From positions 4,261-68,260 of IMG/VR virus record IMGVR_UViG_3300043568_002887: a stretch of DNA of 64,000 nucleotides; one strand, given 5' to 3'. The first letter of the stretch is position 1. Each line of letters begins with the position of its first letter. The notes under the pieces are model-generated. The model saw only the letters and a list, made by a program, of their open reading frames with translations. It was not told the DNA's origin and searched no databases. Positions 40,366 to 48,762 of this stretch are shown here, piece after piece. This stretch comes from a virus. The position numbers and the translations under genes are program-made.

Positions 40366-41370
40366 ATGGCAAGTTCCCTTTTTAAAGAACGAATCGAATA
40401 TAAACCCTTTGAATATCCAATATATTACACTGAAGGTTGGCTACTACAAGCACAAGCATTTTGGCTACATACTGAGATCTCAATGCAAGGTGATATTAAA
40501 GATTGGAATGAAAATTTAACCCCTGCTGAAAAAAACCTAGTTGGTAATATTCTTTTAGGTTTTGCTCAAACTGAATGTGCAGTAAGTGATTATTGGACAG
40601 GTATGGTTACTAAGTGGTTTCCTAAATATGAAATCAAGCAAATGGCAATGATATTTGGTTCGCAAGAGACAATACATGCAGTTGCCTATTCTTACCTAAA
40701 CGAAACCCTAGGATTAGATGATTTTAAAGCATTTATGCATGAACCTACAATTGCTGCTAAATTTGAATTTTTATTATCTACAGCTAGCGATTATACTCAT
40801 ATTGATCTAGCTGATTCATCAGATGCCCGTAGAGATGTGGCAAAGTCACTTGCTATATTTTCCGCATTTGCTGAAGGAGTATCCCTCTACTCGTCCTTTG
40901 CTGTCCTATATTCTTTTCAAATGAGAAATTTCTTAAAAGGAATAGGTCAGCAAATGAAATGGTCAGTTAGAGATGAATCGCTTCACTCTAAAATGGGTTG
41001 CCAGTTATTTAGACATATGTGCGATGAATATCCTGAACTTCGAGAATCTGTTCAAGCACAAGTAGAAGAAGCAGCAACATTAATGGTAGATATGGAGCTT
41101 AATTTTATTGATAAGATGTTTGAAATGGGAGATCTTGAGAATCTTAAAGCTGAAAATCTAAAAGATTTTATCAAGAAGAGAGCAAATGAAAAACTAAATG
41201 AATTAGGATACGAGTCTATTTTTCAATATAGCGAAGATTCAGCGTCAGAACTTGATTGGTTTTATCACCTTACTGGCGGACATACTCATACTGACTTCTT
41301 TGCAATTCGCCCTACAGATTACGCTAAAGCTGGAGAAAATGAAAACTGGTCAGAAGAAGAACTCTGGTAA
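40366..41370 (+). CDS. nrdB: Ribonucleotide reductase class I beta subunit
   Basis: QTECAV, QETIHAVAY, AEGVSLYSSF and RDESLH motifs. Confidence 0.95.
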   Translation: MASSLFKERIEYKPFEYPIYYTEGWLLQAQAFWLHTEISMQGDIKDWNENLTPAEKNLVGNILLGFAQTECAVSDYWTGMVTKWFPKYEIKQMAMIFGSQETIHAVAYSYLNETLGLDDFKAFMHEPTIAAKFEFLLSTASDYTHIDLADSSDARRDVAKSLAIFSAFAEGVSLYSSFAVLYSFQMRNFLKGIGQQMKWSVRDESLHSKMGCQLFRHMCDEYPELRESVQAQVEEAATLMVDMELNFIDKMFEMGDLENLKAENLKDFIKKRANEKLNELGYESIFQYSEDSASELDWFYHLTGGHTHTDFFAIRPTDYAKAGENENWSEEELW

Positions 41371-41509
41371 ATTAACACCACTTGGTGAATATTGTCGCAT
41401 GTTAGACGAGGCTGGGAAACGTAGTCCAGCTTCATGGATTATTGTCTCTCCTAGAATAGCAGAAGAATTAAACAAATTAACGAATAATAAAGAAGATGGA
41501 AGAAAATAA
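41339..41509 (+). CDS. Small hypothetical protein between nrdB and nrdA
   Basis: ATG at 41339 (or 41399); overlaps both neighbours. Confidence 0.35.
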   Translation: MKTGQKKNSGKLTPLGEYCRMLDEAGKRSPASWIIVSPRIAEELNKLTNNKEDGRK

Positions 41510-43301
41510 AATAAACCAAGGAGAATCACTAGGTTGGGAAATAGGCGTTCACTTTCCAGTATGGGCAAATACTGAAGTATACGTTAAAACAGTATCTAGG
41601 GGATACTTACTTGAGGGTGAAACACCTAAAGACGCTTATTGGAGAGTATCAACATCTATTGCAAAGAGACTTCGTAAGCCAGAAATGGCATCTAAGTTTT
41701 TTGACTATATGTGGAAAGGATGGTTAAATTTAGCCACCCCAGTATTTTCAAACACTGGAACAGAGCGCGGTCTTCCTATTTCATGTTTTGGTATTGATGT
41801 TGCAGATTCTATTGCAGACATCGGCGGTAAAAACTTAGAGCTTATGCTCTTAGCTAAACATGGCGGAGGAGTTGGAGTTGGTGTAAATCAAATAAGACCA
41901 GCCGGATCCACTATTTCTCAAAATGGTACATCTGACGGGCTTGTTCCTTTCTGTAAAATATACGATTCCTCTGTTCTTGCAACTAATCAAGGAAACGTTC
42001 GTAGAGGCGCTGCTTCTGTAAATATGGATATTGAACATGGAGACTTTTGGGATTGGCTAGAAATTAGAGAACCTAAAGGAGATATTAATCGACAGTGTTT
42101 AAATCTTCATCAATGTGTTGTTGTATCTGATGACTTTATGCAAAAACTAGAGCATGGTGATAAAGAATCGCGTCGCAGATGGACAGCAGTTTTAAGAAAA
42201 CGTAAATCTAGTGGTGAACCATATATTATGTATAAAGGAAACGTTAATCGTCAAAATCCTGAAGCATATAAAAAGAACGGCCTTAAAGTCTATATGACTA
42301 ATATCTGTAGTGAAATCACTCTACATACTGATGAAAATCACTCATTTGTATGTTGCCTATCCTCCTTAAATCTTGCAAAATATGAAGAGTGGAAAGATAC
42401 TGACCTAATCTACACTGCAACATGGTTCTTAGATGGAGTTCTTGAAGAGTTTATTCAGAGAGCAAAATACATGAGAGGCTTTGAAAATTCTGTTCGATCT
42501 GCCGAAAAAGGTAGAGCTCTGGGTTTAGGTGTATTAGGCTGGCATACTTATTTACAAAATAAAAATATCCCATTTGATTCCTTACCTGCTCAATTTGAGA
42601 CTCGTAAAATATTCTCGCAGCTTAAAATTGAAAGCGAACGTGCAAGTAGAGATATGGCACGGGAATATGGAGAACCCCTATGGTGTGTTGGCACTGGCAT
42701 GAGAAACTCTCATCAACGAGCAGTAGCTCCAACCGTTTCAAATTCTAAGCTTTCTGGTAATGTATCAGCCGGTATTGAACCATGGGCGGCAAATGTTTTT
42801 ACCGAGCAAACAGCTAAAGGAACATTTATTCGTAAGAATCCATCACTGGAAAAAGTCCTTGAGAAGTTAGGATACGATACTAAAGAAACATGGGATCAAA
42901 TATTATCAGATGGGGGATCTGTACAGGATCTAGAATTTATGGATAACTATAGAGTAAAATTAGGAGAGACTGGAAATCCTATTACTCTAAGTAAATTCAA
43001 CAAACTCCCAGAAATAGACCAGTCTACCTATATTCCACTAAAGGATGTATACCTTACCTTTAAAGAATTAAATCAATTAGAATTAGTTCGTCAAGCTGGA
43101 ATACGTCAACAATACATTGACCAGTCAGTTTCTTTAAATCTTGCTTTCCCTACTGAAGCTGAACCTAAATTTATTAATCAAGTTCACCTAGAAGCATATC
43201 AGTCTGGAATTAAGACACTTTATTACATGCGAACTGAATCAGTATTACGTGGAGATATCTCAGCTAGAGCAATGGTTGACTGCTTAAGCTGTGACGGGTA
43301 A
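41496..43301 (+). CDS. nrdA: Ribonucleotide reductase class I alpha subunit, no ATP cone
   Basis: PISCF, TNICSEI, VAPTVS, TLYY and C-terminal CLSC motifs. Confidence 0.95.
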   Translation: MEENKINQGESLGWEIGVHFPVWANTEVYVKTVSRGYLLEGETPKDAYWRVSTSIAKRLRKPEMASKFFDYMWKGWLNLATPVFSNTGTERGLPISCFGIDVADSIADIGGKNLELMLLAKHGGGVGVGVNQIRPAGSTISQNGTSDGLVPFCKIYDSSVLATNQGNVRRGAASVNMDIEHGDFWDWLEIREPKGDINRQCLNLHQCVVVSDDFMQKLEHGDKESRRRWTAVLRKRKSSGEPYIMYKGNVNRQNPEAYKKNGLKVYMTNICSEITLHTDENHSFVCCLSSLNLAKYEEWKDTDLIYTATWFLDGVLEEFIQRAKYMRGFENSVRSAEKGRALGLGVLGWHTYLQNKNIPFDSLPAQFETRKIFSQLKIESERASRDMAREYGEPLWCVGTGMRNSHQRAVAPTVSNSKLSGNVSAGIEPWAANVFTEQTAKGTFIRKNPSLEKVLEKLGYDTKETWDQILSDGGSVQDLEFMDNYRVKLGETGNPITLSKFNKLPEIDQSTYIPLKDVYLTFKELNQLELVRQAGIRQQYIDQSVSLNLAFPTEAEPKFINQVHLEAYQSGIKTLYYMRTESVLRGDISARAMVDCLSCDG

Positions 43302-43324
43302 AATCAAATTAAAATAAATACCAC

Positions 43325-43352
43325 AGCAGCAAATTACTTTTGCTGCTTTTTT
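43325..43352 (+). terminator. Rho-independent terminator
   Basis: AGCAGCAAA-TTACT-TTTGCTGCT followed by a T run. Confidence 0.85.
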
Positions 43353-43357
43353 GTTTA

Positions 43358-43366
43358 GATAAATAA
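43358..43366 (+). promoter_or_regulatory. Late-promoter-like box GATAAATAA
   Basis: Immediately after a terminator and before three genes with capsid-targeting-like N-termini. Confidence 0.6.
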
Positions 43367-43382
43367 TAAAAAATCTATTTTC

Positions 43383-43616
43383 ATGTTTAGTTTCAACCAA
43401 TTTGTAAATGAAAGTAAAGATCATGAATTTGAATCTATTGAAAAGGGCGATCTTGTTAGATATGCAGCTACTCGATTTGAGGTAAAGAAAGTTAACGATG
43501 GTTCAATTGTTCTTGCTGGTAAAAATAGTGATGTTAAAGTTAATAAGAATATGTGGAAACAACGAAATGGAATCATTATAGAAAAAAAGAAAGACTCTAA
43601 TAAAGATGAAAAATAA
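43383..43616 (+). CDS. Small protein with capsid-targeting-like N-terminus
   Basis: MFSFNQFVNE followed by a KGDLVRY beta-barrel-like segment. Confidence 0.6.
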   Translation: MFSFNQFVNESKDHEFESIEKGDLVRYAATRFEVKKVNDGSIVLAGKNSDVKVNKNMWKQRNGIIIEKKKDSNKDEK

Positions 43617-44097
43617 ACATATTCGTAAGTATTCAGAATTTATTATTGAACAGGACCTAGGAATGCCTACTATGCCAGGAGCTCCAGCGGCACCAGTAAA
43701 GAAGGCAATCGAATATAAATTTCTATTTATGACTGGCCAAGATGATGTTGGAAATGGTCGTCGTAAATACCCAGATGGTAGTGTTGTAATAGAATACCCT
43801 TGTTATTCTATTGATGCAGAAAAACTAACGGCTTGGGCTCAAGAAAACATAATAGATTCCGATAAGAAAAAGTTAACTGGACCTGAAATAGAAGTTCGAC
43901 AAAAAAGTCTAATTGATATTGTTAAGGGTGATCGTGTAAATATTTCAAGTGAAGACTTACCATTTATTGAAAAACTAAAAAATGCATCTGCTTCAAATAT
44001 TATAGCTAAGCAACTGCCTGATGTCACAGTAGTTTTTTCAAGTGATATGCCTACGACTGAAGACATTGATGTAACCTTCATAAAACATAAAAAGTAA
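43606..44097 (+). CDS. Hypothetical protein with capsid-targeting-like N-terminus
   Basis: IRKYSEFIIE near the N-terminus. Confidence 0.6.
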   Translation: MKNKHIRKYSEFIIEQDLGMPTMPGAPAAPVKKAIEYKFLFMTGQDDVGNGRRKYPDGSVVIEYPCYSIDAEKLTAWAQENIIDSDKKKLTGPEIEVRQKSLIDIVKGDRVNISSEDLPFIEKLKNASASNIIAKQLPDVTVVFSSDMPTTEDIDVTFIKHKK

Positions 44098-44846
44098 TGA
44101 TTAAGTCATTTATCGAATTTATAAACGAAAGCATGGATCAAAAATCCCAATTTATTAAGGATCTTTCTCAAACATTGATTGAGAAATTACGTACCTCTTC
44201 TCTAGAAGAGAGTACACAATATACTATTTTTTCTGGGATGGAATTTGTAGAACCATTTACGTTTGACCTAATTTTAAACGTTCGTCGCGATAATTCACCT
44301 ATTCTAGAAGAAGATAATCATTTTAACGGGTTACCTTGGGAAAAAATAAATTTTGATCACTTAGGATATTGTATTGATGCTAATACCAAAATGAGTAAAT
44401 CAAAATCAAAGATACCCAAAATAGTATTACATATTATTTTAAACCCAAAAGCAGAACCTATCCTATATAGCAAAATGTATTATCGATTAATCGATATTCT
44501 TACTCATGAAACAAATCATCTAGATCAACTTGGTATAAACAGAACTCCTTTTAATTCTCATGTAAGTGATAAAATGGAGAGAAATAACGCTAAGAAGAGC
44601 TACAAATATTTCCTATTAGGCGATGAAATAGAATCAATGGTTGAAGGAATGTATGCAAGATCACAAGCCCAAAATATTCCATTAGATCAAGTATTTGATA
44701 GCTACCTAATTCCATTTATTCAATCTGGTTATATAAATATCGCTGAATACCTTCACGTAATGGAAGCATGGGTTACTCAAGCATTAGAACAATATCCAGA
44801 TGCTACTTTTTCAACTAAAGTAGACCATATAGTTACCTCAATTTAA
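44097..44846 (+). CDS. HExxH (zincin-like) protein with capsid-targeting-like N-terminus
   Basis: MIKSFIEFINE; LTHETNHLDQ; downstream DEIES. Confidence 0.6.
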   Translation: MIKSFIEFINESMDQKSQFIKDLSQTLIEKLRTSSLEESTQYTIFSGMEFVEPFTFDLILNVRRDNSPILEEDNHFNGLPWEKINFDHLGYCIDANTKMSKSKSKIPKIVLHIILNPKAEPILYSKMYYRLIDILTHETNHLDQLGINRTPFNSHVSDKMERNNAKKSYKYFLLGDEIESMVEGMYARSQAQNIPLDQVFDSYLIPFIQSGYINIAEYLHVMEAWVTQALEQYPDATFSTKVDHIVTSI

Positions 44847-44872
44847 AAACCAATTCATATTTTATAGTAAAA
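44847..44872 (+). promoter_or_regulatory. AAC-N16-GTA promoter-like motif
   Basis: AAAC-N16-GTAAAA. Confidence 0.55.
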
Positions 44873-44891
44873 AAGTATAAAATTATTAAAT

Positions 44892-45161
44892 ATGAACGAT
44901 TTTGAAAAACTAAAGGCTGAAATTGCATCTGTTCAAGCTGCAATATTTGACCCAATTATTTCCCTTGTATCAGCAGCAGAAGAAGACGCTGATAAATATT
45001 ATGGAAAAGGTGTAAAAAGCGCTGGAAACAGACTTAAAAAGAAAATGCAAGAAATTCGTAAAGAAATTAAGCATCCAGCAATTAAAGCTGAAATGACTAA
45101 ACTTCAAGAAGGTGCAAAGAATCTTCGCCAAACTTTGACTGACGAGATCGCAGCAAAATAA
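44892..45161 (+). CDS. Histone H1-like (Hc1-type) basic helical protein
   Basis: DADKYYGKGVKSAGNRLKKKMQEIRK resembles the K-F-x-x-K-G-N-K-A-A-G-x-R motif of Hc1-type proteins. Confidence 0.65.
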   Translation: MNDFEKLKAEIASVQAAIFDPIISLVSAAEEDADKYYGKGVKSAGNRLKKKMQEIRKEIKHPAIKAEMTKLQEGAKNLRQTLTDEIAAK

Positions 45162-45187
45162 GAATTACCATATACTTTTAAATTATG

Positions 45188-45216
45188 AAAATGCCTCTGT
45201 ATGAGGCATTTTTTTT
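45188..45216 (+). terminator. Rho-independent terminator
   Basis: AAAATGCCTC-TGTAT-GAGGCATTTT followed by a T run. Confidence 0.85.
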
Positions 45217-45225
45217 GTTTTATTA

Positions 45226-45252
45226 AAACTTTTAGTAATATATCAAGTACAA
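45226..45252 (+). promoter_or_regulatory. AAC-N17-GTA promoter-like motif
   Basis: AAAC-N17-GTACAA after the terminator and before the gp32-like gene. Confidence 0.65.
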
Positions 45253-45277
45253 GATTATAAAAATAACAACAAAAATT

Positions 45278-46294
45278 ATGACAGATTTTTTTGATTTACC
45301 AGAAGAGAACTTTTCAAGAAAGCCTCAAGCTGGTGGCGGTAAAAAAGTAGATCCAAACGTTTATGACCCGGATCCAAATGCGCACAATGGTTCGTATAAA
45401 TCAGTATTTAGATTTATCCCTTATGTGTTTGACAAATCTAAAAGCAAGTACACTAAGTACACTGCTAAATTTTGGAATCCTTTAACTAAGGAATCCCTAA
45501 TTATTGACTGTCCATCGAATGTTGAAAAACCTTCAATCCTATGGACAATGGAATCAGTTCTTCGTTCTTTGAAAAAAGAGGAACCTGAAATTGCTGAAGA
45601 AATCGGTAAAAACTTCTCTCGATGGAGTACTAACCATTCAGCCGTTTATATCAAGAAAGATCCACAGAGACCTGATCTTGAAGGAACTATTAAAATCTTT
45701 AAATTCAGAAATCAAATTGGTATGTTAATCGACCAATTAGTAAATCCTGAAGAATTAGATGGATTCTCAACAAGTAAAAAAGTAAATCCTTATCACCTAC
45801 TTGAAGGAAAGGATCTTCTTTGTGTAGTTGGTAAGAAAACCAAAGAATTTAGAGACTGGGCTAAATGTAAATTCATGGATGAAGTTACTCCATTAGTATT
45901 TAAAATCGGTGATACTCAAGTACAGGTTAAAAATGATGAAAAATCAATCAAGCTTGTAACCGAGTTCATGACAAAGAATACTCCAAAAATGGATGAATAT
46001 TTCCACCAAGATTGGACAGAAGAGACTTTCACTAAAGTAGCTGAGGCAATCGTTGCAGCAGTTCCTCAAAGAGAAGTTCTTGAGATGATTCTTGAAAGAA
46101 GTAAGGATACTAAAATGAATGAATTAATTCGTTCTAAAATGAAACCTGGAAAATCAAATGCACCAAAAGCTAGTGTAAATGATGACCTAGAGTTTGCAAG
46201 TACTCCAACTCAATCAATGCCAGAAAAAGAAGCAGAAGCAGTTTCTTCAACTGACCCAGATGATGAATACGATTCACTATTCTCAAATCTTTAA
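45278..46294 (+). CDS. Single-stranded DNA-binding protein, T4 gp32-like
   Basis: VFRFIP, VYIKKDPQRPDLEGTIKIFKF, NPYHLLEG and an acidic tail DDEYDSLFSNL. Confidence 0.85.
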   Translation: MTDFFDLPEENFSRKPQAGGGKKVDPNVYDPDPNAHNGSYKSVFRFIPYVFDKSKSKYTKYTAKFWNPLTKESLIIDCPSNVEKPSILWTMESVLRSLKKEEPEIAEEIGKNFSRWSTNHSAVYIKKDPQRPDLEGTIKIFKFRNQIGMLIDQLVNPEELDGFSTSKKVNPYHLLEGKDLLCVVGKKTKEFRDWAKCKFMDEVTPLVFKIGDTQVQVKNDEKSIKLVTEFMTKNTPKMDEYFHQDWTEETFTKVAEAIVAAVPQREVLEMILERSKDTKMNELIRSKMKPGKSNAPKASVNDDLEFASTPTQSMPEKEAEAVSSTDPDDEYDSLFSNL

Positions 46295-46311
46295 AATAAT
46301 TTAGAGTAATC

Positions 46312-46602
46312 ATGGAAGAAAATAAAGAAGCACAAGTTTCTCTAGAAAAGGAGCCTATCCAATCTGGAGAACAGTCCCCACAAAATATCTTGTTTGGGAC
46401 AATCACATACGCTGACGATAACGCATATGAAGAGTTTATAACTAAGATGAATATTAGTCAAGCTCTATTTGTCCTAATTGCATCAGCTAATTATTCTCAA
46501 TCAAAAGGAGCTTTTAATCTACTAGAGTCTGAAACTCTTTCTGCCGCGATTCGATCTATTCGTAAGACTGGCGAAAAGAATGATACCGAAGATAAAAACT
46601 AA
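46312..46602 (+). CDS. Hypothetical protein
   Basis: 96-aa ORF within the operon. Confidence 0.6.
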   Translation: MEENKEAQVSLEKEPIQSGEQSPQNILFGTITYADDNAYEEFITKMNISQALFVLIASANYSQSKGAFNLLESETLSAAIRSIRKTGEKNDTEDKN

Positions 46603-46611
46603 AAAGTTAAC

Positions 46612-47751
46612 ATGGACTTAATCATAGACGGTAACGCTTTTATTAATGTCGCAATAAGCGTCACTAAGTCTTTGTCCTTTAAGGATAAAAGAACTGGTGA
46701 CGCTTACTATGTTAGTGATCTATTCAATGATGGTGGATTCATATTAAAGGAACACGTAAGAATAACATTTAGAAATTTCTGTTTCACTTACCTAAATTCC
46801 TTGATTGCACCTATTTCGTCTAATCCAGAAAAGGTCCATATTGTTTTTGATTCAGCTAGTTGGAGAAAAGAGTATACTAATGAGTTCTTTAAGAATTCAG
46901 ATTTTAAGACTACTTCTGCTCCTACTGAGTTTAAATATAAAGGAACTCGTAAATACGACGATCATCAATATCTTTTCTTTGATTATTTTCAGAATGTTAT
47001 TATGGCACCACTAGTTGCCAAGTCTGGAATTAATCAGTATAAGTTTAAAGGTACTGAAGGTGATGACATCATTGCATATTTATGCGATGTTTTAAAATGT
47101 GACATCTTGATCTACACAGTAGACCAAGACATTAAACAGACTACTGGAGTTACTGATAAAAACGTGCTTGTGATTACGCCTAAGCAAATGGCTAAAACCA
47201 AGAGACTTTTTGTCCCATCCCAGTTAATTCCTACCGCTGCTAATGAAGAGATAGATAACTTCTTTTCACTAAGCGACGATCATATCACTGGAGCAACTCT
47301 TGAAAAGACCATCTCTAACTTACTTAATAAAGATTATGTTGAGTATAAAGTAGATTTTGTTGATGAAGTATTGAGTAAAATATTACTAGGCGATAAGTCA
47401 GATAATATTCCAAAGATCACCAGTGTTTCTCCAGCAAAAGCTAAAAAGGTAATCTCAGCAGTTCATGAAAAGTTCGGAGATCAAATTATTTCTCAACTCG
47501 ATGACCTGGACGAAGCCGTAATATCTAGTATTGTATCAGAAATTCAAATAGTCAATAAGATTAAGGATCAAGATAAAATAGATGAGATTAGAGAACACTT
47601 ACTTTTTAATATTAAGTTAACTCGTCTGTCTATTAAAGTATTTCCAGATGAAATCAGAGAGGCTCTAGTTGAATTCTTTGAGTCATATCGAATGACCAAC
47701 TACAATTCTAGAGAATTTACAAATTTAAAAAATAATTTATCATCAATATGA
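46612..47751 (+). CDS. 5'-3' exonuclease / flap endonuclease, T4 RNase H-like
   Basis: IIDGN, VFD..SWRK, YKGTR, EGDDII, DQD and GDKSDNIP motifs. Confidence 0.9.
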   Translation: MDLIIDGNAFINVAISVTKSLSFKDKRTGDAYYVSDLFNDGGFILKEHVRITFRNFCFTYLNSLIAPISSNPEKVHIVFDSASWRKEYTNEFFKNSDFKTTSAPTEFKYKGTRKYDDHQYLFFDYFQNVIMAPLVAKSGINQYKFKGTEGDDIIAYLCDVLKCDILIYTVDQDIKQTTGVTDKNVLVITPKQMAKTKRLFVPSQLIPTAANEEIDNFFSLSDDHITGATLEKTISNLLNKDYVEYKVDFVDEVLSKILLGDKSDNIPKITSVSPAKAKKVISAVHEKFGDQIISQLDDLDEAVISSIVSEIQIVNKIKDQDKIDEIREHLLFNIKLTRLSIKVFPDEIREALVEFFESYRMTNYNSREFTNLKNNLSSI

Positions 47752-48047
47752 AGCCTTTATACGAAAGAGTGCTAGTTAAACCAAACAGTAAGGAGACTAG
47801 AACAAAACAAGGAATTATGCTTCCTGAAAAAGCCGTAAAAAAACCAAACATTGGAGTTGTTGTTAGTACTGGTGACGGGACCAAACACAATGAAATGATA
47901 GTTAAGCCCGGTGATACTATCCTATTTAATCGTTATTCTGGATTAGAGCTAATGTACAAAGGAGAAAAACACTATGTTATCATGGCAAATGAAATTATCG
48001 GAATACTCGATGATATTGACGATATTTCCCTAGAGGAATTTGAATAA
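47748..48047 (+). CDS. groES: Co-chaperonin GroES
   Basis: KPLYERVLV, TKQGIMLP and VKPGDTILF motifs. Confidence 0.92.
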   Translation: MKPLYERVLVKPNSKETRTKQGIMLPEKAVKKPNIGVVVSTGDGTKHNEMIVKPGDTILFNRYSGLELMYKGEKHYVIMANEIIGILDDIDDISLEEFE

Positions 48048-48050
48048 AAC

Positions 48051-48078
48051 AAAAGAGGAGCATTTAGCTCCTCTTTTT
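48051..48078. terminator. Bidirectional terminator between convergent genes
   Basis: AAAAGAGGAGC-ATTTA-GCTCCTCTTTT. Confidence 0.85.
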
Positions 48079-48686
48079 TATTTTATATCAGTTGACTCCA
48101 ATAGCGTATAACTAAATTTATTTCCATGGATCTTAGCTGCCTTTTTACAGATAACTACGAAAGCATCAAAATCTTTTACTCTTTTAAATACTTGACATCC
48201 TTCTGACCAGTTTTCTACCCAAGTAGAATCTTGCCCAGCTTTGTGGATATTGATACCAAACATTCCAGTATCAGTTTTATTCTCTTCAAAAATAAGATCT
48301 TTATTTGCATCTCTCCAAACAGTAACATTACCATTTCTTTGGCATAGGGCTTCGTACTTTCCTTGATGTAAATCAATTTTCCATACTCCTCTGTACTGAC
48401 CTGGTACTAATCTTGCAACACCATTCTTATTATGGAATTGTTGAACTCCTTTTTTACCAGGATCACAGGTAGCCATCCAACAATAATATTGCTGAACTCC
48501 CTTTTCATCTTTAAATGATATAGTAAGGTGATCATCAAAAACATTAGTCACTTTTTTATAAACGGACGGTGCTGTGTTTCTCACACCTACGATATTTACA
48601 TCATACGATTTATTAGATGCATCCTCAAACCATACGTATCCTTTTGCTTTTACGGCAGCTTCAACCTGTTCTCTAGTATAACTCAT
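48078..48686 (-). CDS. YkuD / L,D-transpeptidase-fold protein; candidate peptidoglycan hydrolase
   Basis: GINIHKAG...WSEGCQV resembles the H-x(n)-S-x-G-C catalytic motif. Confidence 0.55.
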   Translation of the reverse strand: MSYTREQVEAAVKAKGYVWFEDASNKSYDVNIVGVRNTAPSVYKKVTNVFDDHLTISFKDEKGVQQYYCWMATCDPGKKGVQQFHNKNGVARLVPGQYRGVWKIDLHQGKYEALCQRNGNVTVWRDANKDLIFEENKTDTGMFGINIHKAGQDSTWVENWSEGCQVFKRVKDFDAFVVICKKAAKIHGNKFSYTLLESTDIK

Positions 48687-48701
48687 ACTCTTTATTTTTT
48701 A

Positions 48702-48710
48702 TTATTTATC
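48702..48710 (-). promoter_or_regulatory. Late-promoter-like box GATAAATAA
   Basis: Between the sheath terminator and the start at 48686. Confidence 0.6.
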
Positions 48711-48715
48711 AAACC

Positions 48716-48742
48716 AAAAAAAGAGATCCGAAGATCTCTTTT
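48716..48742 (-). terminator. Terminator with cUUCGg tetraloop after the sheath gene
   Basis: Minus strand AAAGAGATC-TTCG-GATCTCTTTTTTT. Confidence 0.88.
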
Positions 48743-48762
48743 TCTATAATTGTTCTTTATTC

